Below, one piece after another: positions 33,554 to 42,568 of a stretch of DNA of 64,000 bases. Numbering within the stretch: the first letter of the stretch is position 1; each line of letters begins with the position of its first letter. Position numbers and translations under genes: made by a program. Location: the IMG/VR virus record IMGVR_UViG_3300030620_000005, positions 8,096 through 72,095 of that record; one strand, given 5' to 3'. The stretch is from a virus. Lineage: Duplodnaviria; Caudoviricetes. The notes beneath the pieces are model-generated. The model did not search any database, had not been told where the DNA came from, and saw nothing but the letters and a program-made list of their open reading frames with translations.

Positions 33554-35953
33554 TCAACGTACGCGCCCGCCAACAATCTGCTTTCTGGCCAGATCGCCAC
33601 CCAACGAACCCTGACCACGCGACGCCGTCCCCACCAACTTCAGATGCCACGCGGTCCACACGCAGTTGTGCACGAGGATTCCGTTCGCATAGAACTCGTG
33701 CTCACCCTCGATCGTCAGGTCGTACACGGGCTGCCTTGTTTCGAGCGCGGAGATGCGCTCCACACGAGTTCGAGCACGTCGCCGGAACCGGCTGATACTT
33801 GCTCTGCATGAACTCCCCTCCGCAGATCGGGCAGTTCGCCGGCTTGCGATACCGGTCAGCGCGGTCAGCAACACGACGCATGCACGCAGGAGAGCAGTAC
33901 CGCGACTCCTTGAAGCCGCGCGTCTCGTAAGGCCTGTCACATGCTTGGCAGACCTCCGTGCGGTACTCCTGCTTGGCGTAGACATCCTTGCCGTGCTGTC
34001 GATGCCACTCGCGTCCCTCATCGCTGCTGTGCCACTCGGCAGCCATGGGGCGAATGCTCGCCAGGTGCTCCAGCCATTCCGGGCTATCGAGGTCCCGTTC
34101 GTGTTCGTGGAGCAGGGCGTGCTCCTTGCGGGTGACGCACCGGAGGTTGCTGGACTCGTTGTTGAGCGGGTTGAAGTCCACGTGGTGGATGACATGGCCG
34201 CGAGGAACTTCGTCAGCGCCGTTCGCAGCCTTCCAGACCTCGACGTGGAGCTGACCCATCCTGGGTATGCGCCGGCTGTTCGCGTAGGCAGTGAAGTAGA
34301 CCCTCGACGAGCGACTCTTCGACAGAGGGAAACGAGTGAACGTGATGCCGTTGAAAACGACCGACTCAGTCTGTTTGGGCATACGTCAATTCTATCGCCC
34401 CAGACCATCTCATCCACTCGAATGAACCCATTTTGTTCGGTCCATACCTTGTGATCTGGAGTGGCCGTGAACGCCCCGGCCGTCGTCACGACACGCATCA
34501 CCTCAGCGCTCGGACGCGTCATGCCAGACCACGTCACACGGCGCCACCCGGCCCGCGTCCACGCCAAGTCGTCCGTCGTCACCTCCTCAATCGGGATCTG
34601 CCCGCGACGGGTAGTGACCAGAGTCCCGGCAACAAGGCACGCGTCCAATCGGTCCGGTGACCAGCCCGCTTCCGGGTACCAGGTCGCCATCTGGTCCTCC
34701 AGCTTCGGGAACTCGCCGGCGTGGTGCCACCTGTTCTGTGCAGTGAGCGCCGCCACGGGCTCCGCTCGCACCGCCTTGCCCCTGGTCGCGGTGACCGTGC
34801 GGATCGGAATGTCCACGCCGAGCGCGTCGGCCGCCGTGCGCAGCGTCGCGACGGCCATGTCCCCTCCAAAATTTCGCTCTACGACCAAGTCGTCTGCTTC
34901 CCAGTCGATCGCGGCCTGCACCGCGCGCCGGCCCCATCCGTCGGGCGACAACTGGCAGGACCGGTCGTCGAGGACGTAGCCGTGATGCTGCGGCCGGCCG
35001 CCATCCCCAGGAAGTACGAGGCCGGACTTCCCGACCACGACGATGCCCTGCTCCCCGGCGCCGCCGGACGGGTCGACGCCGACGGTGATTCGTACGAGGT
35101 CGGGTACGTCGCCGGGCCGTACGCGCGCTTCGTCGATCATCGTGTGTTGCCAGAGCGCGTTCTCGTCTTCTTCGATCAGCTCGCCGTACAGTTCCTGACG
35201 GCCGAGCTGCGTGCCCGCATACCGTTCCTCGAGGGAGGCTTTGATGTCCTCGGAGATGTGCGGGTTGTCGCGGTAACTGGCGTGCGTCAGCATGACGTTC
35301 GCGACCGCTCCGGAGTGCAACTGCTTGATGAGCGGCTTCGGCTTCGGCGTGGTCGAGGCGACCCAGTGCGGGCGCGGGCCGACACGGAGGCCGAACCGCA
35401 TGTGGTCCCAGGCGTCGTCGAGGTGCCGCCACGCCGCCAACTCCTCCAGCCACGCGAGGCATCGGTTACCGCCGGACCGTAGGCGGTCGACGTCGTTGGG
35501 TCCTTCCGTGCCGAAGATCTTCGCCTCGGATCCGTTGGGCCAGCGGACGATGGTGCTGCCCTTGACGGTGGCGAGCTTCGCTTCTGGGCTGTGGACGCTC
35601 AGCCCGGATGGCCCGGAGAAGCAGGAGGTGACGGCGTCGCCTTGGGTGGGGCCGATGATGGCGATCCAGTGCGGGATCGGGCCGGGTAGGCAGGGCGGTC
35701 CGTGGACGTGCTGGTGGACGTACGCGGCACACGCGTCCGTCTTGCCCGCCATCCTGCCGGCGAGCAACAGCCACCCGTAGAAGTCGCCGGGCGGCGGCAC
35801 CTGGTGGGGAAGCGGAGTCCACCTGGGTTTCGTCAGCGCGTCGTAGAGGCTGCCCACGTCCGCAGCCGATCGGATAGCGGCCTCCGCGAATTCGGCGCGC
35901 GTGTTCCCCCGCTCCTGCTGGAGTGGGAAGAAGCTTTCCCAGTCGACGCCCAT
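33554..35953 (-). CDS. terL: Terminase large subunit (intein-containing; start uncertain, the frame stays open to 36094)
   Basis: AGRMAGKT (Walker A), WLEEL (Walker B), STTPKP, VGVDPS, ERNFGG, RGKAVRAEP, SPDRLDA|CVW. Confidence 0.93.
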   Translation of the reverse strand: MGVDWESFFPLQQERGNTRAEFAEAAIRSAADVGSLYDALTKPRWTPLPHQVPPPGDFYGWLLLAGRMAGKTDACAAYVHQHVHGPPCLPGPIPHWIAIIGPTQGDAVTSCFSGPSGLSVHSPEAKLATVKGSTIVRWPNGSEAKIFGTEGPNDVDRLRSGGNRCLAWLEELAAWRHLDDAWDHMRFGLRVGPRPHWVASTTPKPKPLIKQLHSGAVANVMLTHASYRDNPHISEDIKASLEERYAGTQLGRQELYGELIEEDENALWQHTMIDEARVRPGDVPDLVRITVGVDPSGGAGEQGIVVVGKSGLVLPGDGGRPQHHGYVLDDRSCQLSPDGWGRRAVQAAIDWEADDLVVERNFGGDMAVATLRTAADALGVDIPIRTVTATRGKAVRAEPVAALTAQNRWHHAGEFPKLEDQMATWYPEAGWSPDRLDACLVAGTLVTTRRGQIPIEEVTTDDLAWTRAGWRRVTWSGMTRPSAEVMRVVTTAGAFTATPDHKVWTEQNGFIRVDEMVWGDRIDVCPNRLSRSFSTASRSLVSLCRRVARRGSTSLPTRTAGAYPGWVSSTSRSGRLRTALTKFLAAMSSTTWTSTRSTTSPATSGASPARSTPCSTNTNGTSIARNGWSTWRAFAPWLPSGTAAMRDASGIDSTARMSTPSRSTARRSAKHVTGLTRRAASRSRGTALLRACVVLLTALTGIASRRTARSAEGSSCRASISRFRRRARTRVERISALETRQPVYDLTIEGEHEFYANGILVHNCVWTAWHLKLVGTASRGQGSLGGDLARKQIVGGRVR
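33665..34639 (-). mobile_element. Intein (325 aa) in the TerL nuclease domain
   Basis: Begins CLVAGT, block B ATPDHKVW, ends PVYDLTIEGEHEFYANGILVHN followed by Cys+1; removal restores DRLDACVW. Confidence 0.95.
33702..34382 (-). CDS. HNH homing endonuclease encoded in an alternative frame inside the intein
   Basis: LHVEVW...IHHVDFNPLNNESSNLRCVTRKEH; two CxxC...C zinc repeats; own ATG 6 nt after TAGAAT. Confidence 0.9.
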   Translation of the reverse strand: MPKQTESVVFNGITFTRFPLSKSRSSRVYFTAYANSRRIPRMGQLHVEVWKAANGADEVPRGHVIHHVDFNPLNNESSNLRCVTRKEHALLHEHERDLDSPEWLEHLASIRPMAAEWHSSDEGREWHRQHGKDVYAKQEYRTEVCQACDRPYETRGFKESRYCSPACMRRVADRADRYRKPANCPICGGEFMQSKYQPVPATCSNSCGAHLRARNKAARVRPDDRG

Positions 35954-36104
35954 GGTCGGATTGTGGCTGCTGTTCGAGGGTGTGCTGTCCGGAGCGGGGG
36001 TTGGTTGTTGTCTCGTACGCTGGCCGTGCGCCAGGGCCTCATGTCCCTCATTGACCCGTGGGCGCCCCCGGGAAGAAGCGCAAAGGGGCGCCACTCAGCG
36101 GCGG

Positions 36105-36677
36105 CTACCAGCGGTCGGGCAGACCCGAGGTGTGCTCGCCATGCCAGTGCCACAGCCACGTGCGTGCGGGGGCGTGGTGGAAGCGGGCTCCGGCTGCGAG
36201 GAGTTTGCGCCACAGGCCCCAGTCGTCGCAGGCGCTCTCCTGCTGGTCGCCGTACGGTTCGAAGCCGCCGACATCGCGTACGAGTTCGGTGCGGGCAAGG
36301 ACCGTGACGGGGATGTAGTTCCGCTGGCGGAGGTCATCCGGGTCGAAGGGACGGCCGAATACGCCGGGCCACGGATCGAACGCGCGGGACGAGACCACAT
36401 CGAACCACGGATAGACCACGTCCGCGCCGGTCTCCGCGGCGCCCTTGACCAGGGTCAGGATGTGCTCGGGGCGCCACTCGTCATCGTCGTCGAGGAACGC
36501 CGAGTACTCGGTGTCGACTGCGGCGAGCGCCCGGTTGCGGGCTGCGGCTGCGCCGATGTGCTGGTGGTCGACGTAGATGCTGGCGCCGGTGACGGGGCGG
36601 GTTTGGGCGTGGATGCTGTCGAGGGCACGGCGGAGGTAGTCGGCGCGGGGCGGGATGGTGGGGATGACGGCGGTCAC
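36105..36677 (-). CDS. GT2-family glycosyltransferase
   Basis: AVIPT, GAAAARN, FLDDDD (DxD), DDWGLW; GTG 36677 coupled to the upstream stop. Confidence 0.88.
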   Translation of the reverse strand: MTAVIPTIPPRADYLRRALDSIHAQTRPVTGASIYVDHQHIGAAAARNRALAAVDTEYSAFLDDDDEWRPEHILTLVKGAAETGADVVYPWFDVVSSRAFDPWPGVFGRPFDPDDLRQRNYIPVTVLARTELVRDVGGFEPYGDQQESACDDWGLWRKLLAAGARFHHAPARTWLWHWHGEHTSGLPDRW

Positions 36678-36991
36678 GCCTGGGTGGAGTGCCAAGGTTC
36701 GTCTCCGTCCTCTCGCTTGCGCCGTTCGCAGATGTCACAGACCGTTCCGCTGAGTGCGTAGTGAGTCCATTTCGGCTTGTGCGTGCGTCGCTTCCGGTCG
36801 GCGCGGTCGGCGAGGACGTTGATCATTCCTACGGTCTTAGGGGCCTCGCCGCTCAGTACTCGGTAGGCGTCTGCTGCGCCTTCGATGTAGGCCCGTTCTT
36901 CTTCGCCGAGGGAGTCTGACTCGTCGTCGTTGTCCAGGTCGGGGAGGCGTGCAATGAACTGCTTGAGCGCTTCCTCGTCGGGCGCGGCCAT
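36674..36991 (-). CDS. Hypothetical protein
   Basis: ATG 36991 after GGAGG; C-terminal CDIC. Confidence 0.65.
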   Translation of the reverse strand: MAAPDEEALKQFIARLPDLDNDDESDSLGEEERAYIEGAADAYRVLSGEAPKTVGMINVLADRADRKRRTHKPKWTHYALSGTVCDICERRKREDGDEPWHSTQA

Positions 36992-37055
36992 GGGGTTCCT
37001 CCGGGTTTCTGGCGAACGCTCCAGGATACATTGGCCGGTCCGGCGAATGCTCGGT

Positions 37056-37628
37056 TTAGCGGTGTCGGGCGTCGCCGCGGTCGGGTCGACCGGAGGTGTT
37101 CCCGCCGCCGTGATGGTGCCAGGTCCAGCTACGCACCGGTAGGTGGACGATCTTTGCTCCGGCGATGATGCAGTCCTTCGTGAACGTGAAGTCCTCCCCG
37201 GCCACGTTGCGGAAGCCGACCTGCTGCGCCAGTTCGGTGCGGACGAGGATGGTGATCGTCGTGGAGTGGGGGTGGGCGTTGTCCCAAGGCTTGCCGAAGA
37301 ACATGGGGAACGGGTCGCGGCCACCGCGTACGCGGAACCATGGGTAGACGTAGTCCGCGCCCGTCTCGGTGGCGCAGGCGAGGAGCTGCGCTAGGTGGGT
37401 GGGGTCGAGTTCGTCGTCGCTGTCGAGGAACGCCACCCATTCGGTGGTGACTTGGTCGAGGCCGCGTTGCCGGGTCGCGGCGGCGCCCTGGTGCTGGGTG
37501 TCCTCGACGGTGATCAGCAGGTGGGGGATGGTCTGTGCGTTGACGGAGTTGATGGCGCGTTGCAGCATGCCGTTCCGCTTGCGGGCCGCGTGGTACGGGA
37601 CCACGACGGACACGAGCGGCTCGCTCAC
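37056..37628 (-). CDS. GT2-family glycosyltransferase
   Basis: VSVVVP, GAAATRQ, FLDSDD, GEDF; paralog of 36105-36677. Confidence 0.88.
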   Translation of the reverse strand: MSEPLVSVVVPYHAARKRNGMLQRAINSVNAQTIPHLLITVEDTQHQGAAATRQRGLDQVTTEWVAFLDSDDELDPTHLAQLLACATETGADYVYPWFRVRGGRDPFPMFFGKPWDNAHPHSTTITILVRTELAQQVGFRNVAGEDFTFTKDCIIAGAKIVHLPVRSWTWHHHGGGNTSGRPDRGDARHR

Positions 37629-37948
37629 TGCGGCTCTCCCCCTGGGCAGTACCACAGCCCAGTGACAGCCCCAGCGTCGCCTTCGGCGGTCTCCCATAGG
37701 TGCACCCCGTGAGGCCGCTTCTGCTGGCCGCAGTGGCGCGCAGCGGGCTCCGTGCGGATTTCTGCCATCAGCTTCGCGGCATTCGCTTCTCCGACCAAGC
37801 GAATCAGAGTTGGTACCAGGCCGTCTCGTAGCGCATCGCGTCCGATCTCCAGTGCCACTTCGTCGCGGTGTGCGTCGATGAGGGCGTTCTTCTCCGTCGC
37901 CGATCGCATGTCCCAGATGTCGTCGAACAGCCTGTCGCGCGCGCTCAC
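37625..37948 (-). CDS. Hypothetical protein
   Basis: GTGA-coupled; MSARD...IDAHRDEV motif shared with the gene at 1-249. Confidence 0.65.
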   Translation of the reverse strand: MSARDRLFDDIWDMRSATEKNALIDAHRDEVALEIGRDALRDGLVPTLIRLVGEANAAKLMAEIRTEPAARHCGQQKRPHGVHLWETAEGDAGAVTGLWYCPGGEPQ

Positions 37949-38382
37949 CGTGGCGTCCCCTTCCACAAGATCTCGTTGTCGCCCTGAATACGGAGCTCCA
38001 GCGTCTTCCAGGGGCGGAGTCCGTAGTCGGCGTGGGCGGCTTTCGTCCCGTCGAGGTAGTGGAAGCTCTCGACGCACCAGAAGCTGACGTGGGTGGGGTC
38101 GGCGAACGCGTGCCACGTCCCAGACAGGGCGTTGGGTACACGGATCTCGAACACGCCGCCGGGGCGGAGGACGCGGTGCGCTTCGTTCATCACCGCGATC
38201 CGGGCGTCTCCGGCGGGGATGTGTTCCATGACGTGGGAGGCGCGCATGGCCTCCACGGTGTGGTCGCCGGTGGGCCATGGCGTGTCTTGTGCGAGGCGCC
38301 GCCATGGGCCGGTGCCGTGGTTGGGGTCGAGGTTGGTCCAGCCTGCTGGCAGGAGCTTCCCGCCACCGATCTCCAGTCTCAT
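37945..38382 (-). CDS. Class I SAM-dependent methyltransferase
   Basis: LEIGGG, SHVMEHI, HRVLRPGG, DPTH. Confidence 0.88.
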   Translation of the reverse strand: MRLEIGGGKLLPAGWTNLDPNHGTGPWRRLAQDTPWPTGDHTVEAMRASHVMEHIPAGDARIAVMNEAHRVLRPGGVFEIRVPNALSGTWHAFADPTHVSFWCVESFHYLDGTKAAHADYGLRPWKTLELRIQGDNEILWKGTPR

Positions 38383-38657
38383 CCGACACGCTCCGGCCAG
38401 TGCCACGTGCCGCCCTGCTTGCGCAGCTCGTCGTGGCACGCGTCGTTGAAGAACATGCCGCTCGGGTTCAGCACCGCAAGCGCCACCCACTCGGCTCCTT
38501 CGGCCTCGGTGTGTACCTCGGGGTCTGGGTGCGGGTTGTCGAGGCTGTAGACGGCGGCGACGATGGCTGCCCGGCACTGGGAGGTGTACTCGCCGCCCGG
38601 GGTGCCGTAGCTCTGATAGTGCACGATCCTGCCAACGCTCGGTACCTGCTCGCTCAT
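38379..38657 (-). CDS. Small phage hypothetical protein
   Basis: PSVGRIVHY...RAAIV...GTWHWPERV. Confidence 0.72.
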   Translation of the reverse strand: MSEQVPSVGRIVHYQSYGTPGGEYTSQCRAAIVAAVYSLDNPHPDPEVHTEAEGAEWVALAVLNPSGMFFNDACHDELRKQGGTWHWPERVG

Positions 38658-38664
38658 CAGTGCC

Positions 38665-38919
38665 TCACTTGTAGTCGTCGAGGTCGTAGTGCCCGCACTG
38701 CAAGCACTGGTACTTGTGGTCTGCCGGGCGCGGGTGCGGCTTGTACCAGTCGTGGCCGTCGCCCTTCGGGCACACGCTGTGGTTCGCCGGGTCCGGGCAG
38801 TCGTCCAGCACCGAGCCGGGGCCGGGTGACCGCGCTGGTCTCCACGGTGACGGGGGCTGCTGTCCTTTCCAGTCCCGTGCACGGCGCCTGCGCTCCGCCT
38901 CCCCAGCAGCCCTGCTCAC
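38665..38919 (-). CDS. Small Cys/His-rich protein
   Basis: GTG 38919 coupled; C...C...H...CLQC. Confidence 0.5.
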   Translation of the reverse strand: MSRAAGEAERRRRARDWKGQQPPSPWRPARSPGPGSVLDDCPDPANHSVCPKGDGHDWYKPHPRPADHKYQCLQCGHYDLDDYK

Positions 38920-39098
38920 AGCAGTTCGACCGTCCACACCGTGTCCGCCGCGTCCGGAGGCAGCACGTGACCGACGTAGCCGTTCGCTTCTGTGCTCAGG
39001 CACAGGACGCCGAACTCGCCCGCCTCGACGCTGATCCCTTCGGCGCCCAGCTCGTTGAGGAGGGCCGCCAGCCGCTGCGTTGCTTCCTGCGGGGTCAA
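38916..39098 (-). CDS. Small hypothetical protein
   Basis: Coupled ORF; start approximate. Confidence 0.5.
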   Translation of the reverse strand: MTPQEATQRLAALLNELGAEGISVEAGEFGVLCLSTEANGYVGHVLPPDAADTVWTVELL

Positions 39099-39748
39099 TG
39101 CCGTCCGCTCCCCTCGTACTTCAGCCACGCGTTCGCCAAATGCTTCCCCGGCAGACTCGCGGGCTTCAGCTTCGCCTGCCGCAGCACGAACGGCTGCGAC
39201 ACCTGATCCCGCGCCGACCCGCTCTCGACCTCACGCGCCCACGCTGCGCCCATCCGCCGCACTGCCGTCGTATGCCGGCGGGCGATCACACCCGACGCCC
39301 ACAGCCCCCAGCCGGTGGGGTGCCCGGCCTCGCGGTAGCGCTTCGTCTGCCACGCCGCCACGCCGTCCGGGTCCTTGCCGAGTGCGGCGATCTCGATCGC
39401 CTCGTCGTACAGGCACGACCGCCACGGGTGCTCGAACTGCGCGATCGGCTTCGCCAGAGCGAGCGCCTCAACCGCAAAGTCCGAGGAGACGACACGGAAC
39501 GACGCGTCGATCCAGACCGAAGCCGCAGCGTCCGTGTACTTCCACGGCTCGAACTTCGCCACCTTCGCCGCACGCACCGGCAGCACATCCGGCTGAGGCT
39601 CCACCACCACACGCCAGCCCTTGGCGTCCACAGGCTCCGCGTCGGTGACGAACACCCAGTCCACCTCGACGCCAGCCTGCGCCAGCACCGGCTTCACCGG
39701 GTCGTAGGCGTCGTAGCACGCGGTCACAATCGCGATATCAGCGGGCAT
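39095..39748 (-). CDS. DUF616/MUCI70-like glycosyltransferase
   Basis: TACYDAYD, VFVTD, AKVAK, VWIDAS, HPWRSCLYDE, RDQVS. Confidence 0.78.
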   Translation of the reverse strand: MPADIAIVTACYDAYDPVKPVLAQAGVEVDWVFVTDAEPVDAKGWRVVVEPQPDVLPVRAAKVAKFEPWKYTDAAASVWIDASFRVVSSDFAVEALALAKPIAQFEHPWRSCLYDEAIEIAALGKDPDGVAAWQTKRYREAGHPTGWGLWASGVIARRHTTAVRRMGAAWAREVESGSARDQVSQPFVLRQAKLKPASLPGKHLANAWLKYEGSGRH

Positions 39749-40574
39749 CGCGGTACCACCTCACAGTCTCGGCAATCCGGTCCCAGTCCAACTCCGGCTT
39801 CCAGTCCAGCCGGTCCCAGCCCTCACCGCCTGCGGTGATCTGCACCGGCACCTCACCCGCACGCATCGGCAGATGCTCCACACCCGCGCGGCTGCCGGTT
39901 TCCCTCAGGACGAACTCCGCGAGCTCGTTCACGGTGACCGCAGTCCCGGTGCCCGCGTCGAACGTCTCGTCATCCCCGAACGCCGTGGCCTCAACGAGCA
40001 TGCGCCCGACGTCGTCGGCGTGGACGAGGTCCATGGCCTGCTCGCCGTCACCCCAGATCGGCAGCGGCCGGTTCTCCCACGCGGCGCGGGCGAAGGTGGG
40101 GAGGATCTTCTGCGGATGGCCCGGCCCGTAGTGCTGGTAGGGGCCGTAGCCGTTGAACGCGCGGACCGTCGACACCGGGAGCCCGTACGCGTGGTGCCAG
40201 GCGGTGGTCAGCCTGCGGGCGGCGACCTTCGTCGCGGTGTACACGCTCGGGAACGGATCCGGCATGCTGATGCCGACGTAGCGGGCGTCATGATCCCGGC
40301 ACCACTCCAACACCCGGAGGGTGCCGATGACGTTGACGTGGATGGCGGTCTCCGCCATGTCGAACAACTCGCTGGTGCCGAGGACGCCGGCGAGGTGAAT
40401 CACCGTGTCCGCGTCGCCGAGCGCGTCCAGCGAGCCGAGGACGTCCAGGCCCTGCGTACGGTCGAACGCCCACACCTCATGCCCCGCGGCTTCGGCGGCT
40501 TGAATGGTGGCGCGGCCGAAGAAGCCTGCACCACCTGTTACTGCGATCTTCAACGGTTTCTCCTTGCTGGTCAC
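39738..40574 (-). CDS. NAD-dependent sugar epimerase/dehydratase
   Basis: TGGAGFFG, IHLAG, YTATK (YxxxK), FNGYGP. Confidence 0.92.
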   Translation of the reverse strand: MTSKEKPLKIAVTGGAGFFGRATIQAAEAAGHEVWAFDRTQGLDVLGSLDALGDADTVIHLAGVLGTSELFDMAETAIHVNVIGTLRVLEWCRDHDARYVGISMPDPFPSVYTATKVAARRLTTAWHHAYGLPVSTVRAFNGYGPYQHYGPGHPQKILPTFARAAWENRPLPIWGDGEQAMDLVHADDVGRMLVEATAFGDDETFDAGTGTAVTVNELAEFVLRETGSRAGVEHLPMRAGEVPVQITAGGEGWDRLDWKPELDWDRIAETVRWYRDAR

Positions 40575-41248
40575 CACGGCCTCTTCCCCCACTTCTTGCC
40601 GAACGTCTCCATGTCGCGTCCGGCTTGCGTCTGAAGCTCGGGGCGCTCGTACATCGAGCCGTTGGGGCACCGGTGCTCAACCGCCAGGCCCGGGACGAGG
40701 AGCGCACCGCCCCGCTCGCGTGCAACCCAGTCGATGTCGTCGTCACTCGCCCACCAGGCCATCGACTCGTCGAGACGGAGCCCGGCCTCACCGCGGAGCA
40801 GGTAGGCGTAGCCGGTGATCCGTGTCCGCAGGTCCACCGGTTCGGCCTTCGTGTGGAGGATCTGCCGTCGGCCGCCGTGCTGGTCTGGGTAGGCGAGCAC
40901 CGCGGTGGTGGAGCGCATCGCCGTGGACAGGCCGTCGATCCAACCAGCGGGGACGGTGACGTCGGAGTTGAGGACGGCGATGTCCCACCGGTCGGCGCCG
41001 TGGCTGTATGCGGTCAGGTCTGAGTTGGCGAGCCCGATGTTCCACAGCAGGCTGATGTTCGGTGGGTCGATTGGCGCCCACACCACATGCACCTTGCCGT
41101 GCCACGGCTCGGGGTCGATGCGCGGGTCGGAGAGGTTGTCGATGACGGTGACCTGGTCGACCTGGTCGACGACGGAGTTGATGCAGTCGGCGAGCATGTC
41201 GTGCCGGTTCCGCGTCGGGATCACCGCGGCCCGGAACAGGTCACCCAT
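40571..41248 (-). CDS. GT2-like glycosyltransferase
   Basis: AVIPTRNR, VIDN, LWNIG, LNSDV, WWASDDDI. Confidence 0.82.
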   Translation of the reverse strand: MGDLFRAAVIPTRNRHDMLADCINSVVDQVDQVTVIDNLSDPRIDPEPWHGKVHVVWAPIDPPNISLLWNIGLANSDLTAYSHGADRWDIAVLNSDVTVPAGWIDGLSTAMRSTTAVLAYPDQHGGRRQILHTKAEPVDLRTRITGYAYLLRGEAGLRLDESMAWWASDDDIDWVARERGGALLVPGLAVEHRCPNGSMYERPELQTQAGRDMETFGKKWGKRPW

Positions 41249-41468
41249 CGGTCGACTCCCGCAAGGATGCGCGCAGTACGTCGCCGATCTCCAGCAGGGC
41301 GTGTACAACGGCAGCGGTGGCGATGGCTTGGGCTTTCGCCGAGTGCGCCAGCATGACGTCGGTCCTGACTTCGCCAATGGGGATCTCGTTGAGGGCGGAA
41401 GCGACGCCGTCTAGGCATCCCTTGGCGGACTTCCGGTGGGGCCCCTCTCCGGGGGCTGAGGCGCTCAC
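41241..41468 (-). CDS. Small hypothetical protein
   Basis: GTGA-coupled 75-aa ORF. Confidence 0.5.
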   Translation of the reverse strand: MSASAPGEGPHRKSAKGCLDGVASALNEIPIGEVRTDVMLAHSAKAQAIATAAVVHALLEIGDVLRASLRESTDG

Positions 41469-42487
41469 GCGGCGAGCCACTGCGGGTTGTCGGCGTACCA
41501 CTTCACGATGTCCGTCAGCGTGTCGTCCAGCGGCCGCGGACCAGGCCACCCAAGCCCGGCGAGCTTCGACCCGTCGAGCGCGTAACGGTGGTCGTGTCCC
41601 GGCCGTTGCCCGTGGTAATCGACGAGCTCGTAGTCGAGGGTGCGGCCAGCCGCGGCGGCCATGCGCTGGGCGACGTCGAGGTTGGTCGCCTCCTCACCGA
41701 CGATGTTGTAGCGCAGCGGGCCGGTGGGCATCGTCGGGTAGTACGTCAGCCGCTCGTCGCCGTCGAAGTGCTCGGTGAGCCACAGCCACGCGTTGGCGAA
41801 GTCGCGGGCGTCGACCCAGCAGCGGGAGCCTGAGACGCCGTCGGGGCTGGCGTGGACAGTGAGCTTCTCCCCGCGGTAGATGGCGCGGGCGATCTTCGGA
41901 ATGAACTTCTCCGCAGCCTGCGGGGCAGGGGAAAGGAGATTCATAGTGTTGGTGACCAGCAAAGGAATCCCGAGTGCGCGCCAGTACGAGTAGGCGATTG
42001 CCTCCTGCGCCGCCTTCGACGCGGCGTACGGATTGGAGGGGCGGATGCTGTCCCACTCGTGATGCCGGTAGCCCTCGGCAGCCGGCCCGAACACCTCGTC
42101 GGTCGACATCTGCAGGAACATCCGCGGCTTCGCCACGCGCGCGTACTCCAGCATGTTCAGCATGAGCTCGACGTTGTTCCGCACGAACGACACCGGGTCG
42201 GTGAGGGAGCGGTCGACGTGGGACTCGGAGGCGATGTTCCACACGTAGTCGATCGGGCCGATCTGCTCGGCGAGGATCGGCGTGATCGGAAGCGCCAGGT
42301 CGTGGGCGATGACGTCGACCCGGTTGCGGGCGTCGGGCTGTGCGTCGAGGACGGCGTTGATGCGGGCGCCGTCGCCGTGGTGCCGGTACGACACCGGACA
42401 CGTCACATGCCAGTCCGTGTTCGCGAGGACGTGGGCGAGGACGGTCGAGCCGACGAACCCGGACGCCCCGCTCAGAAGAATGCGCAT
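41465..42487 (-). CDS. dTDP-glucose 4,6-dehydratase-like (RmlB-type) enzyme
   Basis: GASGFVG, ASESHVDRS, STDEVFG, PSNPYAASK, RPGHDHRYALD. Confidence 0.92.
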   Translation of the reverse strand: MRILLSGASGFVGSTVLAHVLANTDWHVTCPVSYRHHGDGARINAVLDAQPDARNRVDVIAHDLALPITPILAEQIGPIDYVWNIASESHVDRSLTDPVSFVRNNVELMLNMLEYARVAKPRMFLQMSTDEVFGPAAEGYRHHEWDSIRPSNPYAASKAAQEAIAYSYWRALGIPLLVTNTMNLLSPAPQAAEKFIPKIARAIYRGEKLTVHASPDGVSGSRCWVDARDFANAWLWLTEHFDGDERLTYYPTMPTGPLRYNIVGEEATNLDVAQRMAAAAGRTLDYELVDYHGQRPGHDHRYALDGSKLAGLGWPGPRPLDDTLTDIVKWYADNPQWLAA

Positions 42488-42568
42488 GCGCGGGATGGTG
42501 CCAGCGGATCCGCGATGGTCATTCCGGACGTCGGCGAAGGGCAGCAGGGCTGGCGCCCCGAGGTGCCG

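Noticed and set aside
33750-34380. Central intein-frame peptide as a functional domain
   Set aside because: Low-complexity Ser/Thr/Arg composition typical of an off-frame translation; no endonuclease motif
33702-34639. Ribosomal frameshift fusing the intein N-terminus to the HNH domain
   Set aside because: An in-frame TGA (34388-34386) lies two codons before the HNH ATG, and such a fusion would end before the VHN splice junction and lose the TerL C-extein
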